Shown: positions 13,313 through 27,100 of the stretch, one piece after another
How the letters are laid out: each line of letters starts with the position of its first letter
How positions within the stretch are numbered: position 1 is the stretch's first letter
NCBI GenBank assembly: GCA_964035545.1
Contig: OZ037772.1
Coordinates: 5,274,233-5,338,232 of the forward strand
Reading direction: 5' to 3'
DNA from: Bugula neritina
Taxonomy: Eukaryota; Animalia; Bryozoa
DNA: 64,000 nucleotides
The notes under the pieces: generated by a model
Told to the model about the DNA's origin: nothing
The model's database searches: none
What the model saw: only the letters and a program-made list of their open reading frames with translations
Translations under genes and position numbers: made by a program

Positions 13313-16300
13313 TAAGCCGAATCCATAAAACAGTCATAATTGTGTCGACTGACTGCAAGAGGAGGAGTGAAAGTAGCAAATTTTATTTACAGCAGAAATA
13401 GCTCTCTTAGTGGGAGCTCAAATCTAATCTGATGACCTAACATGACCAGCGATTAAATACAAAGGTCTTGACCAAACTAGCTTGTCCAGGCACAGAAACT
13501 GTCAGGCATCCCTTGAAAAGTCTTGTTTGTCAGCTATAAATATTTCTAGACACGCTGGCAGGAAATTGCAAAGTTTCCGTTTTCAATAAAAAAAGAATTA
13601 CATCAACAAAAGTTGATTTTAAAAATTCAATATTCGCTACGACAACGACGTGGTCATCTAATCCAGGCCTGCAACTCGGAGCTTAGGTAATGGCATGTGA
13701 TATATTTTTATTTCTTTGCTATCATTTAAAAACAAACGTCATGTCTTAAAAAAACTTTCTACTGGGAAGGGCTCCATGCTTAAAGTTCACTGCTTAAGTT
13801 TCGGATTCAGGTTGATGCACTAACATTATCTGGCTTTTTGTTTAACAGAATGGAAACTATGTTAGACTAGCCAGGTTAGCCAATAGACTTCAAGAGTTTT
13901 GAGTTCAAGATTACATAATCTGGAAGCATTTCCTGTGTTAAGCTACATTAGACAACTTTTCACCACCTGACTACAACCCATTGGCATTCAAATCATCAGA
14001 GAGTCTGTACAAGGCAGAGGCATTGATTAGGTGTACCTAGGACAATAGCTTCTGTTGAAAGTACTAAGATATGTAGACCAGTTCTCTAAGACCCCCTAAA
14101 TAGACAGCACTTGGTTGTTTGGCAATAGTCAGTTGGGGTGTCCTTGTATGCATTCAAAAAAATATATAATGTTTACTCTCTAATGATTTAGGAAAGATGA
14201 TTTATAGGGATGTTTTTGGTCTAGTACGCAGACTATAGCATTAGGGATCGACAATTTTGTTCCACATATTTAGCTTTGCATAAAGTAATTGTTAAATCAA
14301 TAACTAAAATGGCTGTTAATTGTTAAAGCTTAAGGGAGTGGCAATGTGTGTGTATGTATAATATCTGGTACTCTGTATTGTCTACTCTACACTCACTCAC
14401 TGCATCACTAGATATTCTTAATTGTTATCTAATTACCTAATCTTTTTTGATGTAGAAAATGGAGTGTGGTTATAAAAACAACGGTGAGCAGCAATATAAA
14501 AAGTGTAAATCGTTTTCGATGCAAATAAATGCTGGCCAGAAACTTTATATGGAATTACAAATTAAATTTAAGCAAAAACCTGCATCTCATCACCAAACAA
14601 AAAGACAAGTGCTATGAGAAGCAAGAGTTACAAGTTGATTTTTAGTATAGTATACGCTTAGGCAAAATGATGTTCAAAAAATTTCATTATTGTGCAATTA
14701 GCCCAAACATAAGTTTGCAATATAAACAGAAAAAGTTCACTGGCTTGACTCTATAAAAAAGAATTTATTTAAAAGATTTAATTAATATAAGGCAATGAAG
14801 CAGTTTTGATTTCTAATTAATATACATATATTCAGTTATTACATTATTTGATTTGATAATTTTTACTTTTCATTTATATCCTAGTCAACCGTGATTACAA
14901 AGGTTGTGAAGCTTAAATTAAAGTAGCTATCGGGTTGCAAACAGAATAATATTATAATACTAGAATGTTTGTTCTTCATGTTGACAGTTTAACCTTTTAT
15001 CAATATTATTGTGAGTTGGCAGGTCTGTTTTGTAGATGCGTGTAGGGTTGTTGGCAAGTCTGGTCCATTATCTATACTATTGTCACGCACTCGCTATCAT
15101 TTGATGCTGATTATTGTAGACGAAAGGGACGACCGTGAATCTAACTGACTGTTCGGATTACAACTTAACTTTTAAATCAGGATATATAACAACATATGCT
15201 TTCGACCACATCACAAAAAAGAAAATTTAAAGTTTAAAGGTGAGTTGAAAGTTTAGTATTTTTAATTTCAGATTACCAGTTCAAAGGCTAGTTAAGTAAT
15301 TTGATTGCTTATTTATTATGGGAAAGTTACATTTTTAAAGCTGTTAAAAATAAGTTGAATATTGCTTGGTAACAACTTCAAAGGTGACATTTTTTATTAA
15401 AAGTGAGAGGTTGCTATTTGACATATTTAATAATAATATTATTAATGATTATTGGAATATTGAATGCACATGCCCTGTGGACATCTTCAAAAGGCGAGGA
15501 GCTTCTTATTTCAAAGATAATAAAAATTCTGGTTGCCAATAACTGTGGATAGAATGTGATGGTTAGTGTCACAACATCAAAGTCGTAATGAAATGGTGAC
15601 AAATAGTTTTCATTGAGAAATATTATTCATCACTTTGGAATGTTGACGCTGTAACCATTGCTTGGTGCATTTTCAAAGATCACAGCTATAGTTTTGTGTA
15701 AATACTCGCACTAGTTCACTAATTTAGCAGCAGTTTATGAAGAAAACTAACTTAGGCTTACTATTGCATACAAAATTGAGGTTTTGCATTTCCTATAAAG
15801 CCTGTAGACCTAAACAGTTAATAATAAGGACAACAAATTCTAAAACCTAAATCACCATTGATTTAAAACACCTCAAGTGGCATTCTTTCTGTTTAACAAA
15901 CAGAATAATGAGACAAGACAAACATTGGGTTGCAGCCAACACCATACTCATGAGTGATAGTGATATTTGTGTCATGCTGTTGACACAATGAACCGCAAGC
16001 ACTTGCAAGCACCTACACTGTCCTTCCTTCACTGAATTGTCAGCCACTTGAAGCTTTTTTATACAACTACTTGTCTATGAAAGAAAGTTGTCAAACTTAA
16101 TAATCATACTGAGTTAAACTAACCAGCCATTGCTGAAAGTTGTGGAGTGGAGAGTGATCAAGTTTACCAATTCCTGGTTAAGTTTCTAAGTATAAAGTTT
16201 AGGCGAGTGAAATGCACTGACTTAAGCAGGTTCAGCTCTACCCAAAACCAGTTTCGAGTTTAGGATTTACCATTTAAAGTGGCTTCGTGACCAGATGAAG

Positions 16301-16354
16301 TGACTAAATATAGCTTGGTGAAATCCTATACCATAATGTCGAGTATACCCTGTA

Positions 16355-16426
16355 GTTCTCGCTGTGTAATGGTTAGCACACTTGCTCACAAGTTGATGGT
16401 CTTGGGTTCGAATCCCAGCGGAGGCA
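16355..16426 (+). pseudogene. tRNA-Val(CAC)-like sequence (pseudo-tRNA or repeat-borne Pol III unit)
   Basis: A box TGTAATGGTTAGC, B box GGTTCGAATCC, CTCACA anticodon-like loop, T-run at 16428-16432; acceptor and anticodon stems pair imperfectly. Confidence 0.6.
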
Positions 16427-18158
16427 ATTTTTATTCCATAATATGTATCAACATTGTATTTGCTTGCATTAGCACCATGCAATATTCCAAAATATTGTTG
16501 CATAAATGGTTGTTAAACATAATTTTTTTCATTAATTGATGTCTAAGAGCCAATAAAGTAATCCTTAATCATTATTATTAGATTACCAAAAGCTGAAATT
16601 GTAAATTATTTAATTAACCAATCACCATGAAAGGCTGTTTACATGGGACTACCTGTATTATAATTATAAGAAAGGGTTATCTACTTGCATTATAATTATA
16701 AGAAAGGGTTATCTAAAGCAAAGACAAGTATAATATATGCATTGTGTTATCACTGTGTGGTTATTATATTGATAACGTGAGATCTGAAGCTACCTACGTG
16801 AATCTGTACAATACTAAGATGTTACTTAGTCTTCACAGGTGCTAGGCTAATATACAGTGAATTTTATGTCTGCTCCATGCGCCCTCCCCATACTTATGTA
16901 GCAAATGAAGCAGCAAATCTTGTGCTAAGTCTGTCATTACTCTGTAGAAAAGTACTCAAAATATTGTAAGAGTATTGGTACTAACGAGGAAATCTGTTAC
17001 ATTTCAATTTTCTTGTTTTTATTGAACGTCAACATGCTTTTTGGTAACAAGTTATTTCCTCAAGTTATTGAAATCTCTTTGTATTTTCTTGAAAAAAAAA
17101 CACATGAAATAACACATTTTTTAATTTACTGCAACTGAAATATCTCAGCATATACACTGCATTAATTGCAATAAATAGTATTTTGAAGTTTCCGGGTTTT
17201 TAGCATATCAACAAGATTTACAATGCGTTTAGGAAAGTAAACTCAAAGGGAGCAACTTTTAGTACTCTTTAACAACCCAACTTTTAATAATATATATATC
17301 GAAATGACAATGCATCATCATATGAGTATATCGTTATGCTGATATATTTTCATAATATGTAAAGACATCTATTGTCACTGTTTGCTTTGGTCACTAATAT
17401 GGGGACAAATATACTAATTTTTATAACAATTAGGCTTTAAAACTGTTGTAAAAAGTCTATGTTAGAGATATTTGTTACAGTTAACTGCCGAGAGAGAGAT
17501 AAGTTCACTTAGTTTAAATAGCCATCTGTCTGTTAGAAATGTCATACCTACCCCAGCAAGCCATTTGGGTGGATGGCACAGGAGATTATCGAATTTTATG
17601 ATTTTTGCTTATAGTACCTGGTGAAGGTTTTTATACACCTTACATATGCACTCTAAAACGTTGAACCAACAAATTAATGTGTCATTAGGAGCCTACAATT
17701 AGTTTATTTGTCAATTTTGGTAAAAAAATCTTTCAAATAGAAAAAATTAATGGCATTGGTGTGCTTCATCATAGGGAATGCCTTTAGCTGTTGCCACTCC
17801 TAAACAATAATTTTATAGGACTACCAAGTTTATTTCTAATTTCCAAATTACGTGAAGATGTAAATTATAACCTTCACATAAATGTTTCTACTACCGTGAA
17901 CTTTAACTGTGCAAAAGCTTTTCAGTCTTCTGTGTTTCTATGAGAAAGAAAAGGTAGCATCAGAAATTCACATGCTCTGTAATTACCATGTCAAGATAGC
18001 TAGTGGTTGCCTAGCAACCCAAAAGTATTACTATGTTGTAAAGTTTAGAGTAGCTGTGAACAGAAGTCTGTTCAAAGCAAATAGTTTACAACTATAAGTT
18101 CCCTTTTCTGTGTTTCAGTAGGAGATGAGTTAATGAGCTGAGAGGTAAAGATACTGAG

Positions 18159-21100
18159 ATGGCGAGATTAGCGAATATATTCATCTGTGCTGCTGTAACT
18201 GCATGCCTATCAATCCTCCTGACACACGCCACTGATCACGCAAGTAAGAGCCTTTGATGAGAACATAATTAATGATTATTTATTGATATTTTCCTAATGA
18301 TTTCACAACTTTGTTTAGATGTTAGAGTTAAATCCATACCAGTCAATAGATGTGAGAGGATCCGAAGCCGGTTGCGTGTTTGTAAACTATTATTTGGTTT
18401 AGATGCACTGGTTTGTGAGTTGTTTCAAAGTGGTTGAGGTAGAAATGCGTGACATATGATAGTTTCAGAGTTAAAGTTTGACAGACAACAAAAGAGTTCC
18501 ACATGGTTGGCGTACATCTGCGCTACTTAATGTGAAAGTGCTCTTTGAGCTCTATGAGTGAATTCCTGACTGTTATATTTGTTCATTTGTCAGATATCAT
18601 ATCTAATCTGTATAAATTAGGATCCTAGTAATGCTAAGACAAACTTATCCGTGACTAAAGTAAGAACAGAGCTTTGCTCTTCGAATCTAGTTTTGTAAGA
18701 TATATTTTGACAAAAGTGGAAAAGCTAGAAAGCAATATGTGGTTTTCCATTTGCCAGTTCAACATGGGCAAAGAGCTATAGATACTGCTCATTGACAATT
18801 AGATGAGGCAGGTGCAGTGATGGACAAATTGAGAAAAGCCTGTGTTCTAGATTAGAAATGTAATAAAGGAAGTTATGTTCTCACCAGGATTTAAACCTGT
18901 GCCCAAATGAAATTAAAGAACTCAGGCTATCTCAATTTCTCCACTACTGCTCCTAAATGAATTTAATAGAGTTTACAAGACATCATTTATCAACTAGAAC
19001 AGGTTCTACTCACTCTTGTTTGTCACATTCCATGGGGGATGAAATCAAATATATCCAGTTGATCAAACTGGTAATTAGGATATTAAATACCTCATAATTC
19101 ACTATTTGTCTTGCACTAGCCTTCTTAAATGACCCATTAGGAAAACATTGTGGCCTTTCTAAAGAAATGCACACAGCAAACTGTTTGATTTACTTCTCAA
19201 GCTATCACCCTAACGGGTCATTCATCAAAGCAATCGGCCAAAATCAACACAATAAAGAATATAATTTACAAAAGTAAATTTGCTCTCTGGATTAATGAAA
19301 CTAGGATTTTGTCACCTAACTGATTCATGTATAATAACTAAGGTGTTATGGACTCAACACCCTGAATACAGCTTATAGTTTAACTCACTATTTTACATAC
19401 AACATGCCCTGCATTACTATTCTTATTTATACTAACATATGCAGCAAGACTTTGCTGCGGTTAATTTTACTTTTTATTGTAATTCATATTCACTGTGGAT
19501 TGTTTTGTGAAAATTTTCAAATGTTTATTTTTGATTAAATAACTTTATAATCAATGAGGATCACAATATTTTACCACAAAACAGTCTATAAAATGCTAGG
19601 TTTTAAGATTGCATGTATTTGAAGAGTTGATTTTCTCCCTCCATTATCTTTTGATGCATAAATTTTCTGTAAAGACTTTAAAAGATTGCCAAAACAATGT
19701 TAAATTCTTAGAACCAAGATGAATGCAAACAGTTGAGTTAGAAATTTAAAATATTTTTCTATGAGTAAGCCAATATGTGAAAACTATTGCTATTTTCCTG
19801 AGGTTTAATTTATACTTTTTTTTCTTAGAACATTCAACATACCTACATAATGATCTGGACAAATATTCAAATGTATATTTGAGTTTTTAATTTTGATCAA
19901 CTGTAATATTAAAATTCTATATCTATATATGATTTTAATGCTTTCAAAAAAATTTAAAAACATTTAGAGCAAGGAAGTAAACAGTTTTAGCTAAATTTTA
20001 TTGCTTTTTAATGTTGGCAAACATCAAACAACCGATATTTAGCTTCATTTTAATCCAGAATAGTAAAAGTGACTCAGCTTCAAAGATCTATTTTAACTTT
20101 ACAATTTTGAATGTATAGGGGGGGGAGGGTTGAAACAGAAGTTACGAAACTGCTTTTCTTGTGTAAAAACTTATTAGGCAATAATAAGTTGCTTTGATTT
20201 TGTTCAATGCCGAACCTATTTTTTACTTTTATTTAAAGCTGTTCGAACTGCAAATTATTAGCTAAGTTAATCAAAAAAATACATGCAGTTATATTGGACA
20301 ATTAATAAAAGATGTTCCAAATGGTGGAGCTGAATATTAAAAGTTATAATTGCTACAAGAAAAGGTTTATTTGAAAGCTTTCTCCAACTGTTGTAATGCT
20401 AAACAGATTTCAATTGATGTCTTCATTTTAAATCATATAGATATAACTGTTATGCGTGCTAACACTGCAGGACAATAGCTGGACAATAGTTTTCTGACAC
20501 CAACTCTTTACTACGAGAGGAAATAAATTGGTGATTGAATTATACCCACTCCAGTACACTCCTCTGAGCCTAGAATTGATTAGCAAGTCCAATGAGCATG
20601 CAATTGTACCCATTAACCACTCTCCCTCCACAATACTACATACGGGCCAATAACCATATGGGACAATACTCCGCTTCTACTTTGAATCTCATTAATTGAT
20701 TTTATCTGCTTTTAACTTTTCTTAAGTCACCTTATATGCGATATTCCAGGATTCCTAATACAGTCCGTTAACTCATGTCATAACTCTAAGGGGTGGATCC
20801 AGATGAATCATTTTACTTAATTTAGTACACACTGGATATTTTCAGTTTTTAGCTATTTTTCACCATTTAACTGCTAATGAACATGGGCTTTTGCCCAAAA
20901 CTAGTAAAACACCAACAAATAAACTGCAACAATTGAGGTTTTTCTTAATTTTGCTTGATTTCCCATGTTTTTTCTTATTTGTTTAGCTTATTAGGAGTGC
21001 AGACCGCAACCAAAAGTAGCTGAATAATTAGCAAAAACATGAGAAATGAAGTAAAATTAAAAAGAACTTTGATTATTTATTAGTGTTTTACTAGCTTTGG

Positions 21101-24100
21101 CCAAAAAACCCATGTCCATTAGTAGTTAAATTGTGAAAAATAGCTGAAAACTGAAGATATCCAGTGTGTACTAAATTAAGTAAAATGACCCAGATATTAT
21201 TTAACAAAAGTGTTATAATAAAAGGAGAAAATTAAAAATTAATCTTAGATAGTCAAGTTAAATATTTACTGCATATAAACTTTACTTTACTATTGGCTAT
21301 GACTTTCGTCAATACACTAAACCTTTAAAAATATAAATGAGATCTAATGCAAAATATCTAATAAATGACATAAAAGTGCTTTGCATAATACTAGACGCAG
21401 TTTCAGTTTGCTCTTTCTGATTTACCAATGTTTGATTCATAGCATACATTTGGTTCAACAGAGGGGGGGTATAACAGGCTGGATCCACTCATTCCTTTCA
21501 TGTTGCATAAGATAACAATCATCACACACTGGATCAATATTTCCAGCACCCAATACTAACACTCTGGTAATACACCAGTGCAAGTGTTTCCAAGAGAACC
21601 AGACATACTGCTCTTATCAGATTGGGGCTGTGTTTCAACCTGGAGCTCTCATAGATGTCATACCAGATTAGCAAATGTTTCCCTGTGTTTTACTGGAGGA
21701 ATGTCACCATTAATGAATTTTTATGTCACAGCTCAGTTTTAAAATATTTAATTAAAACAGATTTAACACCTATCAAGCATAAAATGATGTGAAAGTTGAT
21801 AAAATCAGGCAACAGTAGGTGTTTCATTTGTTGAGATGAAAGGCTGATTGTCTATTTAGTCAATTTAAAGTGTTAGACTTGTTATTCTGTTGCCAATGGA
21901 TACACATTATGATGGCTGCTGATTTTAATAAAAATTCAAACAAACACATTTGCTACTTATACAACATAAAAATCTGACTTTTAATAGAATATGATACAAT
22001 GTTGTGGCACTGGTTTTACTAGTATTTGTTTTATACTGGTAGAAAAGTAGGGATTGTAAAAACATCTCGTAAGCCAAACGTATTTCATTAAAATCTAGTA
22101 AAGGAGCAATATGGATAACTTGAAAAATAGTGCATTACATCTCCTTAATTTACAAACATTTCTGATATTACCCACGCTCCTATAAACAATAATAATAAAG
22201 ATGTGGAGGTTATATATACCCCCCTTCTCAATCTAAGACTGTGATCTGTCCATCAGTATCAAAATTATCAAGAGAAAATTTAGAGTCAGTCCTAGTCTAT
22301 TGATGCCATAGGTCTTACGTAATCGCAACGCAAATCATATTCTTAAAAAAGCCAAAGCCACAGTCAAATCATGCTGCCAACCTGGGGGGAATCATGTTGG
22401 AGACTCTTCTAATTGTCTAATTGTCTAAATTTTACTTCACTTAGAGACGTTTATGCTGACAGTGCTATTTTTAGCTTCTCTAAGGCCACACCTTGAATGA
22501 GTGGCAGTTTTTACTTCTGCTGATCTCTCCAGGGATCACCCTTTTCTGTCACATTCACCGTATCTATGCATTTATGCAGTGAACATGTAAATATAGTACT
22601 TATTACGCAAGCTTTGCTATTTCTGCAGCTGAATCTCTCTGTAGACAGACTGAGTTATTCTTAGCAAAACTTGAGATGATTCAAAATGGAGTGATGTCAT
22701 CATATGTAGGTATTACCTGCATCATTAGTTTTACCTGCACCTGCACCACTGTTTATTTTACTTGACAAGTTTAAAATCAAGGAATTATTTTTTATAGAAA
22801 TTATTTTTAATAGAAAACAGCAAAATTTTGAAAAAGTTGAGTGATTAACAACTTGTTTATATAATTACTGGGAAATCGCAATGTTCGTCAATGAATTGAA
22901 TGTAACTCAACCGAATTTCCTATTTTACGTGATTTCTCATGGTAAAGGTTCTTAACCTATGTGACTGTGCTTTAATTACTGCAAATTTCTTAAATTAGTC
23001 TGTCGGAAACCATTTCCTTTAATGCACAATTCTTTATTTTAGTACAAAATATATGAATAAACTTTCTTGTATTTTTATTTAACGTGAAGTTTTCATCTTT
23101 AAGCCAGAAGTTAATTGTTTTGTGCTATTATATTCCATCAGATGGAAACAATGATGTTTATCACATTTCAAGCAAAACTGTTTTTATTTTGTCAATGCAA
23201 ATGAGAATGCTTCATCATTGGATTACTTCTCTTACATTCCTAAAAGGTGTTATTTTATCAGTTTATTGTAAGTGAATTGTACACTCACCTGTACACTCCC
23301 ATGGAGTTCTAGGTCCGCTTCGAGTACCTTTAGCCTTGGCACCTTTGAAATATAATGAGGGGTTGAATTGGGCTGCAGTAGCCCCCCCATTAAATTACAG
23401 GCTTGGTATGACTCAACAGCAACTATGAATCATGTTGGATGTTAATCATATGAAAATTAATAGATAAAAATATGGAACAGTTTTTACTGTATTCAGGGAA
23501 TAGAACAATTTTTTAAAAGCGGGATATATAATTACACACGCACGCACACACATATATGATATATATATATATATATATATACAATACAATAATATTATAT
23601 CATTTTCAAATACTATGAAGTAGATCATTTAATAACATGAATATCAAAGTGGTCAGTACTTATTGTTTCATGTTTGTTGAGGATTTCTGAACAGTAGTTA
23701 TCTTCTCTTGTTTTATAAACTCTTTTAGATTATTTCTCTGTATATCCTTGAAGTTTGATTTTCTTGTCTTTTACACGGCAGGTGATGATAGTTGTCTTCT
23801 CAACCAATAAACAAAATGAGTCATTCCAAGTATAACTTACATTATCATGTAAACATTTTAACTAGTTCTTTATAGGCAATAGCTGTGATTGCTTTGTATA
23901 TTATATTCCTTTAATCAATATAATATTATTATAGTATATTATATTGTTCAATTATATTATATTGAAATAACTGTTATATAATATATTGAATAACTATTGT
24001 TTTCACTTCAAGTAAGACTTTAATATCAACTTTTCTGCTAATATTGAGCCATTAGCAATCGTCTCCCCCAACAGTCGCAACCGGTTATGCTCATAAATTT

Positions 24101-27100
24101 TTCACATTTACTTTCCCCGTTGAATGCCTGTGATTTTTCTTAGTCCAAGAAATGTGTGCAAAGAGGTTGGCACACGGAAAGAGATTAGGCAGACGCTGCA
24201 TTCAGTATAGACTGAATGACCAGCCCGCAGGTATAAAACCATGTATAATTCTTTTACCTGCTATCCCTGTATGCTCCATGTATGCTCTCTTAGGCTATTG
24301 GTGAGGGGGTTGCTCTACTTTTAGAAAAGGTTGTTTAATCCGTTTTAGAACTCATGCTCTGCGTTTCCATGGCTTCGAATTATGCAATGGATGCTGTAAA
24401 TCAATTTGCATGAATTCATGTTTGTTGTTTGGCTTTTCATGAATGAAACTGGTTTCAAATTTTGAATGAAAAATCTATCGAAGATTGGAAGCCCAGTGAT
24501 GGTCAGGTGGTGTTATTTGTCTGATATTAGACTTCTATTCTCTCATTTTTAATTTCTGAAGTGGGTTAAATACATTACAGAATATTTCTAAAGAAGAAAA
24601 ACTTTGAATTTAAAACAATTGAGAGCTGGAAATATTTTTCACCAAGCACATTTTTAAGATGAAAACAATGTAAATCAAACCTCATGATTGTATGCAATCC
24701 TTCCAATGCACAAGTTGCGAGTGGCACTTGTATAGCTTAGTATTAAAATCTCTGTCAAAGTTTTCAAGAACTAGGGCTAATAAAATGCAGAACTCCCATA
24801 GAACTGAAGATTTGTATCTCTTATGCTAAAGACATCAACAATGTAAATATAGCTGGTCTAATTATTGTGTGAAGATAGTATCTCGAAAATATTATATTCA
24901 AATATTGTGGAAATTGGATACGGGTTTTGTGATAACATTACTGAAGGTGAAATTACAGTAATGCTATTGTGTGGAAATAATTTAATAAATATTTCAGTGT
25001 AAACTCAACTTCATCCAATTCTAAAAGTGTTAAAATGACACTTTCGTCTAAATTACTCTGCCAACAGTAAATATGCAATCTCTATGAGTGACACGTCAAA
25101 ATGATTTTTATGATTTTATCTAACATGATTCACCCAAATATGCTTTTTAAAATTGTTTACAAAAAGAACATCATGTGTGCAAATAGTTTACTTGTTTTCA
25201 AACTATTGGGTTATTCTACTCTTATTGTATTCAGATGGTTTCATGTGCATAATAGCAATTAAAACCGTTTTTTACTTGATCAAGATAATTTTAAAACTTC
25301 ATTATATACAATATCTCTACTATAGCTTTCTCATATGTCTTAAATGTAAATGGGGTCTATGTGTGATATTGCAATCCTTTCTCTGTGCTAAAGCAGATAC
25401 TAAAAGCTAGCTTCAGTGTGGCAATAATATTATATACATCATAACTAACGAGAAAAAATGTTGAGGCAATTTACTGTTTTCCTAATGTTCTTTATTTTTG
25501 GTATATTTAATATGGTAATAAAAATGTGGTGTTATAAAGTCAAGACAGCTGATTCAATACCTATTTTGTTTTTTAGAACACTTAATGACTAAAAGCAAAA
25601 GCATTTGAATGTAAAAGTTATCTGATATTATATCTGCAGCTTCCTTGTATAAAAGCTTTGAGTTTGCATTACTAATAAACCAAATATTCATACTAGTAGA
25701 CTGTGAACTTCTTGTGTTTTTCAGACGAGGAGGTGGTAGTATGCCCCCGTAAATCTCACCTAATCGGTAGTAGAGTCTGTAAGAAGGCTTGTACTCAGAA
25801 CTCTGACTGCAAAGGGTCAAAGAAGAAGTGCGTCTGTGATGACGTCTGCGGACTAACTTGTCTCAATCCAAGTGAGTCAATTTGATAACTCAATTTAAAT
25901 TTGAACTCAACTCTGTTTAAATTTAAAATCAAATATATTAAAATTTAAATTTGAATATATTAAAATTTAAATTTAAAGCTTTTACGATAAACGGTTTTTT
26001 AAAATATAAAATGGTTTAAACAGTTTTCAAGCTATCAAATTGCATGACTAACTTTATTGAAATATTAAAAAAAATGTTTATAAAAGATAAACATGGGTGT
26101 CCATAAAGTGTCATTTCTATGGCAACCAATAAAAATGAAGCTACTTTAAAAACTTTCATCTTACTTTTTAGAAGGGAAATGTCCGACTCCATACATTTCA
26201 AATGGAAAAGCTAAAATTGGCGGCAAGAATAAACTTGGAGCAGTGGCTACTTACACTTGCAACAAAGGCTATGAATTGCAAGGCATAGGGACGAGGGTAG
26301 GCAACTACAGCTATATATTTCCAAAGATGATGGTGATTTTTAAAAATTATTATGATAAAAATTATTTTGATCAAATATTATTTATTATGCTGTTATTATG
26401 AAGTTGAATTTTCTAAATGGAAGTTTAATAAACAGTTATTTTGAGTACCTCCTAAGACTGTATGATGTATTTCAGATTTGTAACGGGGAGAGGCAATGGT
26501 CCGGAGTTGTCCCAAAATGCATTCCTACCCGATCTCTACGTGATCCATCAGATCTCCCTCAGAATATAGAGAGTGAGCCGGAGGAGAAAACTCTAAATAA
26601 ACAAGGTATGGCAATTGAACATGAATAGTATGGTTATAATAAAGCCATTTCCAAGAAACACAATAAGTTAAACTTATTTTAATCTGAAAAGTTTTACTTA
26701 GTAAACATTTTTTGGCCTCAAGAAGTTTTTAAAATTGGGAAAGGAGAATATCAAAAAGTGTCTTAGCTGAAAGGTGGATATGATTTTGCCTGTGTTTTAC
26801 TTTTGAAGATTTGTTTGTTTAGTATAATAAATCATAATTACAATTTCATATGCAGAGAACACAACCAGCTAATTTTAATAATTAAAACTATTGCTATTGT
26901 TTATCAAAAATACTTGAATTAGTCTTTCTTCACATTTGGCAAAAATGCCATAAAGCAGATTTATATAAACTTCATAATATCAGCTCCATCCAACTGCGGT
27001 TTAACTTGTATGTGTGGAACTTAAAGCTTTCCAAGATTTTACTGAAAGTTTACTATCTAGGACCTATAAGCTAACAAGACTAAAATAAAACTTATTCATG

